NCBI GenBank assembly: GCA_964016885.1
Contig: OZ024746.1
Coordinates: 85,002,001-85,066,000 of the forward strand
Reading direction: 5' to 3'
Length of the DNA stretch: 64,000 nt
DNA from: Eledone cirrhosa
Taxonomy: Eukaryota
The position numbers were made by a program, and so were the translations under genes. The notes below the pieces were generated by a model that saw only the letters and a list, made by a program, of their open reading frames with translations, was not told the origin of the DNA and made no database searches. Shown here piece by piece: positions 29,157 through 44,463 of the stretch (the stretch's first letter is position 1; each line of letters starts with the position of its first letter).

Positions 29157-30277
29157 AAAGGCCTGATTGTGTTTAAGTTATTTACAAGCAGATGGTTTTG
29201 AGTTCGATCAAACTCTGTGACATATTAGGTACATGTATTCTACCATAGCATCGAATACGACAAAATGATTGAAATGTTACCGTTGCCTAACGAGTGAAAT
29301 TTTTGTAGACGAAAACTCTGAAGAAGCCCTAAAGATATATAGATGTATGTAGGAGTGTGAAGGGACGAGCGAATGTGTTTGTCTTATACTTTCGGTCGCT
29401 TCACGCGATGAAACCTGGATAAGCACCGACCAAAAAGCCTTAAATGGCTTAAGTCAGACTTTAGACTTGTTTTAGGTTTATTTAAAGACAATATGGTGTT
29501 TTTTTTTTCATTGGAAAATTTCGCTGCTATGTCTTGCAGAGTGAATAACCACCTAAGGACTTCGTCTATATATTTATGTTTGTTTGCAAAAGATAGCAAA
29601 ATAGATGCAACGAATAAAACGTATTTGGTACAGTTTTGAAAAGTTTTTGTATTTCTTCTCTAACGAGATCAATGAAATATCTACCATTATAATCGTCTAA
29701 AATAACTTCCCGTGTGAGGGACAAGTGTGACCGCAGTCCGATGACAACGCTTAGCCAATAAAAGAATGAGAAAAGATTCTTTTGATTATTCAGTTATTTA
29801 ACAAACCAATGTCTGTTTCAAGCCCAGAGGTTCATCAGGCCAAAGCTCATACTCGGTTTCCTCTTTAAATGGGAAGGGGGCAATTCCGTCGGGGCACTTA
29901 CCTTCTTCGCGATCGATGCCTGCTGGCTCCAGATGTGATGGCAAGCCAGCTGCTTCCAGATTACAGTTCATCTTTGGTGAAGCCGTTCTATAATCACAAT
30001 ACTTTCTACCTTGACAATTTAATCTAATTTACAGAGAATATCCTGAAATTATATTATTCAATACTTTCTTCCCTTTATAAGATTTTAAGAGTGATTTGCC
30101 GAGAGACTTCGCTGTTATTTCTTACAGATCGAGTCTGCAAGAGAAAGCTTTTTCATTGGCTCATGTTCGACACATTACTTTGATTCTTAGTTAACAATGA
30201 ACTTCTTGAATGTGGAATGAATTCAAAGAGTAACAAATGGAAATAAACGTATATATTTATATGTATATTTTTTAGAC

Positions 30278-30547
30278 CAGTGTTTCTTAACCTTTTTCTT
30301 TTATTCCCCCTTTTACCAACTCACCTCTATAATTTCCCCCTATGTATGTTAAGAAAAAGTAGCCATGTATACAACAGACGTTATTGCTTATTAGCATCCT
30401 TAAAATTAACATAAAGGAAAATAAATCTAGCAAAAACAGTGCGAATAATGATGAAGTTTTCAACCTAAAAATAATTTACTACTGGAATTGTAAATGTTTT
30501 TCCTCTCATCTGAGTGGGTGGGATTTCCTCCAGGTTAAGAATTGCGG
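30278..30547. mobile_element. hAT (Charlie-like) MITE
   Basis: TIR cagtgtttcttaacct / aggttaagaattgcgg. 8-bp target-site duplication (TSD) ttttagac / ttctagac, an NTCTAGAN-type target. Confidence 0.7.
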
Positions 30548-30777
30548 TTCTAGACTATATATACAAATAAAAGCAATAAAATGAAGAAACATTTATATTG
30601 TTATATACATATGTGTAAAAGATTATCTTGACAAGATTTAACGATACATTCTTAAATAAACACAGATGTGAATAAATTTTGCTATGAAATTCTATTATTC
30701 TTTTACTTGTTTCAGTTATTATGCTGCAAGAATGCTGGGACACTACCGTCATTCAATATATATTGAAAATATGCGCG

Positions 30778-31062
30778 CTCTGAGTTCAAATCCCGCCGTG
30801 GTCAACTTTGCCTTTCATCCTTTCTAGGTCGATAAAAAAAGGATCAGTCCAGTACTGGGGTCGATTCTTCCTCTATAGAAAAGATCGGCTATGGTTAAAC
30901 CTTGAGAGGGTTGTGCTCCACCAGGATTAAATGTGCCCTAGACACGCCATATCACGGTACCTCTACGACTCCATAAGGAGTTATAGGATTTTTATCCTTT
31001 TTCTTTTTATAAGGCAACTGTATATAAAATCATTCTATATCCCAGACTGATAAACGTATCTA
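30778..31062 (+). mobile_element. SINE family 1 variant with alternative long tail (paralog of 51452-51808)
   Basis: B-box and family 1 body, then gagagggttgtgctccaccaggattaaatgtg...cccagactgataaacgtatcta, nearly identical to the 51.5-51.8 kb copy. Confidence 0.85.
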
Positions 31063-31466
31063 TATATATAATATATATATAATATATATATATATATGTG
31101 TGGGGAGTGGGAGGATTATGTGTATGCGTGGTGTGTGCAGATAAAAATATCTACGTAGCTTTCATTGAATTTATATGATGTGTGTGTAGTATTGTTTGTG
31201 AGTCTGTTTGTGGATGTATGCATAAATTCTTTTGTGAAAACCGGCTACTTTGAAACATAGATGCGCATACACTTAGACACACACACACACACACACACAC
31301 ATACACACACACACACATACACACACACACAAACACATTTTTATATACCTCACAAATAGACTCATAAACAAACACATCCATAAGAATGACTTTTTATGTG
31401 CGTGTGAGTGAGTGCATGTGGATTAGCAGGATTATGTTTGTGTGTGTGTGTATGTGTGTGTATATA

Positions 31467-31702
31467 CAGGGGTGGTGGAAGTATTTATCAATGGGGCGGG
31501 TGGGGGAAAATTTGGACAATTTAGTTGTAGTGATTAATTTAGCTCTTTGCACTCTAAAATGGTCAGAAAACTTCGATATGCAATAAAGATAATGTGTACA
31601 TAAATTGTAGCGCATATCCTAATAAATGTGTGTTTCGGTAGTTTGGAGGGGGCATGCACCTACCCCCCCCCCCTCACCCCCACCCCAGTTTCACCGCTGC
31701 TG
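31467..31702. mobile_element. MITE-like dispersed repeat
   Basis: Imperfect TIR caggggtggtggaa / tttcaccgctgctg. An internal ~135-bp segment recurs at ~52961-53095 and partly at ~53262-53330. Confidence 0.55.
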
Positions 31703-31862
31703 TATATATGAAATAAAAAAAAAATTATGCTCTGTGCCCTTTCCGAAGGGGTTCATATATCGAGCTTCTTCGCATTTGTTAAGAAACTGATATTATACCC
31801 AATTTATTCATCTCCTATATATATATATATATATATATATACATGTTACACCTCTATTCTTT

Positions 31863-31912
<50 letters not shown>

Positions 31913-31913
31913 C

Positions 31914-32095
31914 ATTCATTTATTATGGCTATTGGTGAGCTTTATTACTCTAAAGTTTCACCTGGGCACTCACAGGATCACCAGTCTTGTCTGGCGAGTA
32001 CGCAGGTGAGACTCCAGAGTAACAAGGCTTAGCCATAATAAATGAATATTTAAACTCTACTTCGGTATTGAGTTTTCATTCTTACGCCCGTCAAT
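31914..32095 (+). mobile_element. Fold-back + tail element, family D copy 2, with degenerate HHR
   Basis: Arms attcatttattatggcta / tagccataataaatgaat. gtcttgt-CTGGCGA-..-GAGA-ctc.ca.gag-TA|acaaggc (31984-32028); the left arm retains GAAA. Confidence 0.75.
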
Positions 32096-32102
32096 AATTC
32101 AC

Positions 32103-32448
32103 GTACTCTCAGGTCTGGAATAATCGTTCCCACCCCCGGTTATTAATTTGTCAGACCCAACTCACCCCACCCTGTTTTTATTCCATTACCACCACTCCAC
32201 TCGCTTATTAAATTTTGCTAATCTATCTCCGGCAAAATGTTATTGTAAGTAATTCATATTGACACAGCAGCTAGGGAATCTAATAATTTTATTTTATTTT
32301 ACATTAAAACAAAACATTACATATGGCAAAAGAAGAACATTGCAAGAAATACCGTATTTACGAACGTACACTATACATTTACTGATTTCTCAACCCCTCC
32401 ACCCACCTATTATTGCCACCCCTCCTATTATTTGGGACCCCAGAGTAC
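32103..32448. mobile_element. MITE with ~22-bp TIRs
   Basis: gtactctcaggtctggaataat ... attatttgggaccccagagtac. Confidence 0.6.
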
Positions 32449-32449
32449 C

Positions 32450-32825
32450 ACCAAACTCTCCTCCTCGCTATGTATATAACTCAAAACTCTCATTTAATCA
32501 CCCTCTCTGTATCTACTAAAACCAGACTCTACCCCTCTCTATACCTAACACGACACTGCTTCTCTTATCCCACTCTCTATATCTAAGGGTAATACACTCT
32601 CTCACTCTCTATAAATATCTACACTTATCTCTCCCAATCCCCCTCTGTATATTAAGCACCCCTAAACACTCCCCCTCTCTATATCTACTACCCAGTACTC
32701 TCCTATTATCCCTCTCTGTATATCTACAACTGCCAAATTCTCCTCTCTATATCTACTACACGGTACTCTCTTCCAATACCCCCCTCTATATCAATTAACA
32801 TCAAACTCTCCCCCTCTCTATAATG
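32450..32825. repeat. Degenerate ~30-bp CT-rich minisatellite
   Basis: Recurring ctctcccctctctatatctac units. A related array lies at ~53115-53260. Confidence 0.7.
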
Positions 32826-32867
32826 AATGTGTGTTTTTGTAGTTTTTGGAGAGAAATGTTATTATTG

Positions 32868-32904
<37 letters not shown>

Positions 32905-33414
32905 AAACAGTTAGCGCCTGGCGACTGAGCTCTTGCCGATTCGACGGGCACTACTTAGCTGAACAATGGTCTTACGTGTGTAAACTGGTAACTCCTTATC
33001 TGTCTATCTATTTATCTATTTTTGCTGAAAGGTGGGTGAATGTGACGAAAATGGCCCGAGTGAATGGGCCTTCTCTGTATATAAACCTGTAGGTTGAGGA
33101 AGAAAAACAGAGGGAAGACGGGAACACCTACAAAACGTGTTCCTGGTGTTGAGGTATGTTCTACCTACGGGGTGTAAAACATCCACGCAGTACGGTTCCC
33201 CCTTATTGGGGATTCCGATTGTTATTTTATTTATATATAGTTTATTGTTATTCATAAATGTTTATGATTTTTATGTAAAACCCCCGCCGTCACGTCTTGT
33301 AATGTCCCATTTTTGTACGCCCCTGTGGCAAATAAAGAAAGATATCTATCTATCTATTTATAACTATATATTTGTATGTGTGTGTGTATATATATATATA
33401 TGTATGTATATATG

Positions 33415-33445
<31 letters not shown>

Positions 33446-33892
33446 GCATATATGTATGTATATATATATATATATGCATATAAATACGGGGGCTCTTTTT
33501 TGGGTGTGGGTGTGTTTGTGTATTAGTGTGTGTCTTCAGGAATATGATTGTGGTCTTAAAATATCCTCTACTTTCATATATAAACACCCCTTGCTAAGAC
33601 TCACACTACTCACTCAGCCACGCGTGTTTATTTAACAACCTTCATATATACACATATGCTCATGGTTGTAATATATAAATATCAAACACTTATTAGCATG
33701 CCTGAATCTATGTATGTATGTAGGTATGTGTACACAAAACGCTGGACAACAGAGGCCACGTACCGTTCCTCTCCGACTAAAAACTTTCCCCCTCGGAAAA
33801 AACCCCAGTTGATGGGTGCGAAATCCGAAATATAGGGACAATTAAATCACTTCCAAGGTAACTCTATCTCGTGTTATTATTGTTATACTCTA

Positions 33893-34086
33893 GGGTGGTG
33901 GATTGTCAGTATCGGTAGAGGGTCGGACGCCATGCTTTCCAGCATAGTTACGGCCCTTGCCACTCTGAGTTCAAATCCCGCCGAGGTTGACTTTGCCTTT
34001 CATCCTTACAGGGTCGATAAAATAAAGTACCAGTAATGCACTGGGTAATTGCTGGCCTTGTGCCTAAAGTAGAAACCGTTATTATT
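33893..34086 (+). mobile_element. tRNA-derived SINE family 1, full length
   Basis: Head ggtggtggattgtcagtatcggtagag, B-box, body and tail all present. Confidence 0.92.
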
Positions 34087-34371
34087 TTTATACTCTTTCC
34101 TACGTTCCTTTACACCCTATACGTCTCATTCTACATTTCCTCTTACATCTCTCTTACTACCACCTGATTCTGTTACCCGGAGATTTACCCATCTGCATTG
34201 TTGAGACTTCCAAAACGACCAATTTTATATATGTATATATATATATATATATATCCTTTACTTCCACCAAGCGTAAACCTAATATAACTGTATACTATAG
34301 CTCCCTGTTTTGTTCGTTCATGTTCACCTATACACACACACACACACACACATCTATACATACATACTTAC

Positions 34372-34421
<50 letters not shown>

Positions 34422-34754
34422 CTATACATATATATATTATAATGATTTTCTGCCTTATGTATGGATTTATGTGATCTCTTCTATTTAAAATTTTAAATTT
34501 TCTCTCCAATAGAGTAAGAGCTGGTTTCCAGCTGAGAAACAAGGCTCTTTCACTGGAATTTACAGAACATCAACTAAGTAGTCATGTATGTATGTATGTA
34601 TGTATGTATGTATGTATGTATGTATGTATGTATGCATATTTGAATGCACACATGACTCTCTGTATGAATCTATTTTTTGATCCATGTGTGTGTGTACAAA
34701 TACATATGTTTATATGTTTGTATGGCTATACGTGTAAGCGGACATATTATAGGC

Positions 34755-35165
34755 TAAAATTCCGGGATGTCTTACAAGTTTAAAGTTCCATTAGTGGTTT
34801 GTAATTGTAATACTTTAATTAGTTGTGTCTTTGTGAAGACCAGAACCTCTCAAGGCTGCTACTGAGGCTGTTAATTACATTTTTAATTGCTCCAATAAAC
34901 ACAGGTATAAATATAAAGTTATAGTTTGGCGGTATTAGCTGGAGAATTCTCATGGCGGTATTAGCTAGAGAATTCTCATTAGTCAGCCATAGGTGTTTGC
35001 TTTTTCTTTCATCTTCAATATTAGTTTGGCGCCTGCTGATTTTTACTATTGTGCACAATGTTGTTTCTCCGACTCAGATCATTTCGTCTGATCTGCTTAA
35101 ATTTTACAAACTTTTTTTTTTTTTTTTTTTTTTTTGTAAATCATTCCACCATAACCAGAATTCTT
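34755..35165 (-). mobile_element. Decayed RLE-type (R4/Dong-like) LINE, endonuclease/C-terminal region
   Basis: Minus strand gives WWN..SRSDEMI*..LCTIVKIS..LQLIPPNYNFIFIPVFIGAI..GT..CKT, matching the WWN..RPD..IVEISCP..FIPIIxGALG..GTxKICKT pattern. Confidence 0.65.
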
Positions 35166-35196
35166 TCATATTATTCATGTTATGCGTAAATATAGA

Positions 35197-35763
35197 GTGG
35201 TGTATTGGCAATAACGGTAGAATCTCGGATAAAATACATTGCTGTTATGATTTTCTACGTTTCGAGTTCAAATCCCACCGGAGTCAACTTTGCCTTTCAT
35301 CCTTTCGGGTGTTGATGAAATAAAGTAAATTAGAAATCAAATTATGTGTGTGTGTGTTACCTACATCACTGTAACTTCCTTTATTTCAATCTTTGCCAAT
35401 ATACTTTTAGCAAATTACAATATATGTTTGAGCTCTTATTACATTGTCTCGTACGGTGATAATATGTGATGAAATTTTCAGATATCTGATTATAATGTGA
35501 ATTACATCTTCTGTGTTAAATCCACAGGTCATGTACCAGTTGTTATATTTGGGGGTCGTATCCAATCTTTATCCTGTTTCTGCAACAGGTATTTTATTAT
35601 TACTTAATGGGTAGGGCAGAGGATTGGCAGAATTGTTAGAATGTCGAGTAAAATACTCTGCAGAATTTTGTAACGGCCTCTTCCGTACTAGGATCGATGT
35701 AATCAACGTCATCTCCCCCCCCAAAAACTGTTGGCCTTGTGCCTCATTTAGAAATAATTATTA
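35197..35763 (+). mobile_element. Two diverged SINE family 1 copies (35197-35343, 35618-35763)
   Basis: B-box gagttcaaatccc and ctttgcctttcatcctttcggg. The second copy is internally deleted and ends ttggccttgtgcc...agaaataatt. Confidence 0.7.
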
Positions 35764-35869
35764 TTTACTCGGCAGTAGACTTAATCCATTGACTGTGTGA
35801 CTTTAGCAGAGTTCACCCTGTTGGAAGCATTTGTGCCAGGCCTCCGACTTCAGAATGACTCCTACCGAT

Positions 35870-36200
35870 CTCGAAAAGAGTCAGGAGCTCTGCTCTTCAC
35901 AACCTGTCGAAGGAATATACTGTGATATTTAAGAACTGTTTCAATCATTTTTGATAAAGTTTGCCAATATCAATGTTGGTGTAAATGATCTAAGTGTTGA
36001 CATTAATAGCCCAGATCTAGTGTCCAAACAAATTGCCGAAATATTGGTATGAAAACTGGTACAACAAACACATTGAGTGCTACTAAATTATTGAAAATAG
36101 AGTGGTTCGTAGACCACATTATTTTCACCCAAATGCAATAGTACTGCCGTATGATACATTTTCATCTATCCTTAGGTACTAGGGATATTGTTCATCGGTC
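35870..36200 (-). mobile_element. Decayed R4/Dong-like LINE, post-RT (thumb) region
   Basis: Minus strand gives VKIMWSTNHSIFNNLVALNVFVVPVFIPIFRQFVWTLD..YIP, resembling IWxSELSxxNKxxAxNxFAVPVL.xFG...WT. Collinear with the 34755-35165 fragment. Confidence 0.6.
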
Positions 36201-36301
36201 CAGATGAAAGCGACTTAGTCCATTCTTGGCGATGTTTGGAAACTGTATGGAAAATGTTGTTACATGCATGTATATAATTGTGGAAATATGGGCGCATGCA
36301 A

Positions 36302-36347
<46 letters not shown>

Positions 36348-37069
36348 GCATGCGTGTGTGTTTATAAGGTGTCTGTCAATATATACACTGTATGCAAAAG
36401 GGAAAACTATATTTTCACGTGGAAATGATACGAACACAAACCGACATATGTCGTATTCCAATTTATTGAATTTAATGCAACGACATTTATTCTATACAAA
36501 ATGGTGGCCCCAACTTGATTAAGCAAACAAGCGATATGAACCAGCAATAAGCAGAGGCATGTTTAACACAGTCTAGCACAGTCCGTTCGAGGAAATTCAA
36601 ACCTGTACCGATTATCGTTATTAAACATTGATTTTTATCCAGTCTCGTATACTCCATAGCCACGATTCAAGTAGGGTGCTGTGTAGCACTCTTATAAACT
36701 AAGGACATAGCATCTTTCGTGGAGTGCGAACGATATGAACTCGCAACGACATATTTGATTTTACAGTTTATTTATTCTAATACTAAGGTGAGATATTATA
36801 TGTAACGTCGTTGTTGTCGCAGTCAATATACCATGTGTGTGTATGTGTGTATGTGTGTGTGTGTGTACGTATGTATGTATGTGTATAATATATTGTTCTA
36901 TAGACACACACAAATATATGTATATTTGAATTAGATATAAACATACATATATGCATATATATGTGTGTATATGTGAGTGTATGTATGTATATATGGACAG
37001 ATAGATATAAATACATGTAGCCACACATACACATACAAGCACTTACATACATATATGTGTGTGTATATA

Positions 37070-37634
<565 letters not shown>

Positions 37635-38632
37635 GCATCTTTGTATATATGTGTGTGTATGAAAATATTCATGCATGTGTTAGTACTTACAGATGGATCT
37701 ATCTGCGTTAATGCATGCTTGCGTACGTGTCTGTATGTGTGTGTGTGCATACGTATGTCGTGCGTGGGTCTGTATGCGTGCATATTATGTGCGCATGTGT
37801 GTGTATCTGTGCGTGTGGTAAAAGCAATAAAAAATAGATAAATAGAAAATTTTCATATCAGTTAGTCAAGTCAAATCAGTCAGTCAGATGTTCTTGATCC
37901 AAGGCACCCTGGGTAGCGTATGTCAAAATTGGGGGTAGGAGGCGGATGGTACGGGAAGCGTAAGGGTGAGAGCTTTTTTATTTCCTCTCTCTTTTTTTTT
38001 TTCTAGGTAATAAGCGTATAGTGAAAGTCTGGAGGTTTCTTTGGCAGCTGTAGATATGTTGGTGTCATAACTGAGCCGATGTGACGGAAAGTTAGAACTA
38101 CCTCTGGCTTCCGGTGATCGGCTAATTGTAGCGCTAAACAAGCTAAACCAGCCGAAGGGTGAGGAAAAAGTAGGAGGCAGACTATACTCTCTTCCTCCCA
38201 CTTTTGGCTCCAAAAACATTGATAATATAATAAAGCCACTTTCTTTGTCGGAGGAGGAGTATAATTAACGCAATAGACCCCTTATATAAAACTGGTATTC
38301 GCTTTATAGATGAAAAGTATAATATTGTAAGTTCAACATTTTTTATGGCTTACTCAGATCAAGACGGAGAGCAACAGTTTTTCAATTTCCCCGGTACTGC
38401 TTAAGTCATCCGCTTTGTTTACACACCTAGCTACAAGCTTAAAATCTTCTAAAAAGTCCGTATTACCGATTATGTGCTCTCTGTCGTGGTAGTTAACATA
38501 TTCGCATGGTATCCAAGAGATGCGGATTCGTAACCTCACAGGGTCTGATGTGTACTTTTTCCCGTCCCTGGAGATACTTTACCCGATTTTCTCAACTATT
38601 GTTTATAGTAATCGATTATTATCACTAATAAC

Positions 38633-38773
38633 AGGGGGCGCAAGCTCTCCTATCCCAATGTCATCTCCAGAGATTCTGGTATTGAAATCCAGGACTTGGC
38701 AACGGCAATGAACGACAGATCCACGTGGAAATCAATTGTTGAGTCCATTTCGGCTGAGGCCACCGGAAGATGA
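38633..38773 (+). mobile_element. 3' end of an RTE-clade LINE ORF
   Basis: Open frame [46 protein letters not shown], which fits the RGRxxxxY..D..AMxDRxxW C-terminus of RTE elements. Confidence 0.75.
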
Positions 38774-38877
38774 GTATCATGGTCATTTTAGTTGGGACAT
38801 ACGTATTTCAAATTTCAAACATTCCCTATGCTTCTTATACATGTATGTATAAACCTTATTGTTTATCTTTATATATA

Positions 38878-39044
<167 letters not shown>

Positions 39045-39429
39045 TTAGAGTTTTAAACTCAAAATGTCATTTACAATTAATTAGCTCAAAGAAAGAAGCA
39101 TTTTTTGGAGGTGAAATGTCCTAATTTTTCTGGATTCCTGTTGATATCAAAGGTATATATTGAGTTAGGAACTCAAAATAGTCTCTTACAACAAAATAAC
39201 TCTAAGAAAGAGATATTTCCGAGCCGTATATTATAATAGAATATAAAAGAAAAAGGAACACAGATATATAGATATATGTGTTCAAATCGCAAGGGACCAG
39301 ATTCGCTAAGGTGATAAAAATACTAACTATAGACAATAGGTTTTTTTTTAATATAATATATACATATATATATATATATGTATTATATAAATATATATAT
39401 GTGTATATATACCTATCTATATATACATA

Positions 39430-39920
<491 letters not shown>

Positions 39921-40344
39921 CTCATGCACTCGTGTTGTTTCTCACACCACACAGAACATAATAACAGACAAAAGAACTCATACATAAATGATATTGAATA
40001 TTTAAGTGCGCTTTAGTAAGTGATAATTGCGGGGATTAGTCAATGACAGGGAAAACAGATAAGTGGCAGAATATAAATGAGGCCTATTACTCTATACTTT
40101 TATTCTCTTACTGCTTTCAGTCATTAAACTCTGGTCAAGCTGGGGCACGACTTCTATAGGGATAGTCAATTATATTGACCCAACATTACTTATTTTAATC
40201 GGATAATGCTTATATTTTTATCGACCTCGAGTGGATGAAAGGTAAAGTTGACCTAACTTCTGGACTGAGCGTTGATGAACATAACCAAAATCACTAGATA
40301 TTTTGCATACTGCTCTAGTGATTCTACTATTCACGTGATATATA

Positions 40345-40381
<37 letters not shown>

Positions 40382-40399
40382 TATGAAGAGAGAAGAAAC

Positions 40400-40739
40400 A
40401 TTTAGATATAATTAGTAATAAAATGTATCATACCTAAACTGCTCCTAAATTCCTCGACTACGTAGTTTCGTGGCATAAACAAAAACAATATATCATAAAG
40501 ATATAGAGTCCTTGCGAGGTCTGCCGACTTATCAAGAGGATACCTCATTTTACTAGTCTCAAGAACGCGTCTACACGACGTGAGAAAGAATCCCAAAAGG
40601 CGGAGGGGGAGATAGTCACGCGATATAACGGTCGAGAAACAGAGCTAAGCCTCTTATAACCCCGAAGAAAATACCACGGAGGCGGAGGGGGTATTTATAT
40701 CGAGGCCGTAGAAATAGTTAAAAGAATAGAGGTGTAACA
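40400..40739 (-). mobile_element. Possible solo-LTR-like fragment
   Basis: CpG-richer island ending tgtaaca (TGTTACA start on minus) with a TATAAA-like motif. The other end and TSD were not identified. Confidence 0.25.
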
Positions 40740-41023
40740 CACAAGTTATTATATATTGGTAAACGGAATAGAAAATGCTGACAAATTGTTCACAGTTGAA
40801 AAATGGTTTAATTAGGAATAAAAGAGTATTAGTGATTGTATGGGTTAGTATTCAGTTGTGGTTTTAAATTTTTAAGTTTTTACCGGTTGCGCATTTCTAA
40901 ATGCTTTTCAAAAATAATTTTGAGATAGAGTGTCCGTATATATATATAAATGTAATCTGAGTTTTTTCGAATATTAATAACGTTGGATTCGTTTGCGATA
41001 ATGCAAACGAATCGAATGTTATT

Positions 41024-41204
41024 ATTGGCAGTATAGGTAGAGAGTCGGACGCCATGCTTTCCAGCATAGTTACGTCCCTTTACGATCTGAGTTCAAATCC
41101 CGCCGAGGTTGACTTTGCCTTTCATCCTTACGGGGTCGATAAAATAAAGTACCAGTAATGCAGTGGTTAATTGCTGGCCTTGTGCCTAAAGTAGAAACAA
41201 TTAT
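41024..41204 (+). mobile_element. tRNA-derived SINE family 1
   Basis: Near-consensus full copy. Confidence 0.92.
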
Positions 41205-41269
41205 TAATATTCGAAAAACTCAGATTACATTTATTGTATTCAGCCATGTAGAGCGAAATTTTCTTTATT

Positions 41270-41302
<33 letters not shown>

Positions 41303-41303
41303 A

Positions 41304-41341
<38 letters not shown>

Positions 41342-41342
<1 letters not shown>

Positions 41343-41540
41343 AACGAAGGAAGTGTGGTAAGGAAGCAGGTGGACCATAACGCACCAGAGTACTCAATAC
41401 TTAGGGTATTAGAGTGGATAATAGGAAAATGTTCAAGACCCCGACGGCAGAGCTCGAGCCGTTTCGATGGCTATTTGTGGTCCAGAAATAGCCGTCGAAA
41501 CGGCTCGAGCTCTGCCGTTGGGGTCTTGAACATTTTCCTA
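41342..41540 (-). mobile_element. Fold-back + tail element, family A copy 6
   Basis: Tail 41342-41420 plus hairpin ~41421-41540, ending in (TA)n. Confidence 0.9.
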
Positions 41541-41630
41541 TATATATATATATATATAGGGAAAGAGTTATATGCGCATGTGAGTATGTGTACATACACA
41601 AACACAAAAACCATATATATGATATAATAT

Positions 41631-41679
<49 letters not shown>

Positions 41680-42750
41680 GAACAGCTTTTCTTTCAGACA
41701 TGCTGCATTATTAAAGACCCATTGATAAGTTTTTCGTATTCACTTATAAGACTTTTGCAGCTCATCTGAAACAAAAAATTGTCTAAATTAATAATCAACG
41801 TATCTAGACTTTCATGGTCTCATCATCAGAATGTGAAGTGTTATTTATTTTTTTTTTTTCACTGTAATATATTCAGTTTTTGTGCTGCCTTTATCACTGA
41901 AATTTGAAATTTGTAGTTTTATTGTTACATTTATACACCATCAGTCACCGGTTTATTTTCTTGGACTGCTAATTTAACCTTGTGACCTACAAACATGTGG
42001 AATGCTGGGTATATTAAAAATCTTGCTGCAGAAACGATAAATGTCACCCAATGCTATAAAGGGAGTAAAGATAATCACAGACGAAGAAGAATTAGAAATA
42101 TATACACCAGAAAGAAAACAGATTAATGCAATGGCTAATACTGTTTTAAATATTTTGCTGGCCATGTGCCTTAATAAGAAATCATTATTTTTATTATTTT
42201 GCTTATTAATTGAGACAATTCTGTTGATGACTTCACAGTGGTTACCGGAGTATTGATGAAAGAATCACCTAGTATATATAGAAGATTGTTTATTGGTGGT
42301 AAGAAAATAATATTTACATAATACATCATTCAGATACACCATTGTACTTATTTTATCGAAAGAATGGAAAGCGAAGTCAATAACACACTCAAATATACTT
42401 CGTACACGAGTTGGTGTGAAAAATTAATATAGTTTTTTAAAATCTCCGAGTTATTAATTCTTCAAAGACTTTATAGGCATAAAAGAATACAAATCAAGTT
42501 AGTGAGTTAGTGTTAATATCAAGGATACCAACTTTGTCCTTATTGTTTCGGGGTCGTTGAAGTAAAATACTTGCTGTATTTGTTCCGTTCTCTTTACCTT
42601 CTGATTTCTTTGAGTGATTGTTTCGCCTTGTTTAACACCACCAGGTGATCTTTGAGAATAACATCCTCCCTTTAAACTTCCTCACCCATTAACCAAAGAT
42701 TGAAAAGATACGTTATTCACCTAATCACATCGCTTCTCGTTGTCCACATC

Positions 42751-42850
42751 AAATGAATATAGCGTGGACCATTAGATATAATACATATCTTTAATGAGTT
42801 AAATGAATATAGCGTGGACCATTAAATATAATAGATATCTTTAATGAGTT
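42751..42850. repeat. 50-bp tandem duplication
   Basis: aaatgaatatagcgtggaccatta(g/a)atataata(c/g)atatctttaatgagtt, two copies. Confidence 0.95.
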
Positions 42851-43730
42851 GAATTACATGGATAAGTAGGCTGATCAAAGCTAAATTGATAACACTAGAG
42901 ATATATTGATTTCTTGTTATAATTAATGCACAATACCAACTTTTTTAAAGAGGTTATAGCATATAATACATTTTATTTATCATTTGTTTTTGTTACAATT
43001 GTTGTTTAGCAGACCTGTGGTGAAAAGTATTCTAGCCATAACCATGCGGTCTTTTCAGATACAGTTTACCTAGGATTACATTATCCAGTATGTTCTTATT
43101 TTTTAAAGATAGAAGAGTCGAATTAAAATGAGATTTGGCTGCTCTTCTGCTAGGTCAAGCATCTACGTAGAAACTTCCTTTGTGGTTACTGCGGTCGTTT
43201 ATTCTAATTAAAGTCCTCAGATTTATAGACCGAATAAATGGGCCATTGTGACATTTATACTTCTCAAGATGGTGTCAGCAAATAGTCAGTCACAAAGTTC
43301 GCTTTGCAGTTACATTGTTTCTGGTTAGATCTCACTAGCCAGCACTTTGATGGGGGCATGTCGACCCATGTCTTGTGAGTGAAACTTGATAGCTGGAAAA
43401 TGTGCGATAACCTATCGGAATAACTGTATGTGTTTTTCGATGACCATTGATATTATTTCATAAAACGGTTTTATCACCGAAAACTCTAGGCAATAATAGA
43501 GACTCATTCTCTCCACGTCGTCTTAACAGATACATTGAATAATGTAATCCTACTCACCCTAAACATACGAGATGCTCACAGTTGGAATGACTTTGATCAA
43601 GGATCATGTCGATCAGTGTTGAAGTGAGCTGAACTAGAACAACAATAACTAGCATAGTGAAATGATAAATCGTCTACCAATAGCATCACATTTCCGTTTT
43701 ATAACGAAACTAAATGGATATAAAGATAAC

Positions 43731-43878
43731 TGTTTCTACTTTAGGCACAAGGCCAGCAATTACCCAGTGCATTACTGGTACTTTATTTTATCGACCCCGT
43801 AAGGATGAAACGCAAAGTCAACCTCGGCGGGAAAGCATGGCGTCCGACCCTCTACCGATACTGCCAATCCACCGCCCT
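43731..43878 (-). mobile_element. SINE family 1 (internal deletion) with 16-bp TSD
   Basis: TSD tggatataaagataac at 43715-43730 and 43879-43894. Confidence 0.93.
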
Positions 43879-44280
43879 TGGATATAAAGATAACAAAACC
43901 TATTTATACAACGTATATGTTTATTTAATAGACGAGTGAGATATACAACCACTCAACGCGACATCTTCTGAGTTTGGCTTTCAAAGTTGACCACATTCTC
44001 GCCACCGCCACACATTTTTACACAGCCACTTATGGCTGAGAATTCTTTTGAAGTATTTCTGTGATTGGTCCACCATTGAATATAGAAGTTCTTTAAACAT
44101 GCGTGATTGTGATCACAACGTAATCGACCTTGAAACCAATAATCAGAAGGAGAACGCAAAAGAAAAATCAATTCTACACCTCGCTCCCATAGAAAGTGCA
44201 CTCACACAAAATACGGCTGCAACAAAAACAAACATAAAAAAAATACAATTTTGCCTGTCATCCTTCCGGCGTCGATAAAA

Positions 44281-44463
44281 TAATTGTTTCTACTTTAGGC
44301 ACAAGGCCAGCAATTAACCAGTGCATTACTGGTACTTTATTTTATCGACCCCGTAAAGATGAAAGGCAAAGTCAACCTTGGCGGGATTTGAACTCAGATC
44401 GTAAAGGGACGTAACTATGCTGGAAAGCATGGCGTCCGACCCTCTACCGATACTGCCAATCCA
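44281..44463 (-). mobile_element. SINE family 1 with ~12-bp TSD, nested in an older opposite-strand SINE
   Basis: TSD cgataaaataat at 44273-44284 and 44464-44475. The flanks continue an older + copy (ttttgcctgtcatccttccggcgtcgataaaataa). Confidence 0.9.

Noticed and set aside
32902-33355. Possible LTR or LINE 3' end between TA tracts
   Set aside because: It has a TG start, TATA-like and AATAAA motifs and an (ATCT)n tail, but it is single copy here and its class cannot be determined.
41974-42256. Short complex ORFs or a possible exon
   Set aside because: No recognisable motif and no convincing paired splice sites.
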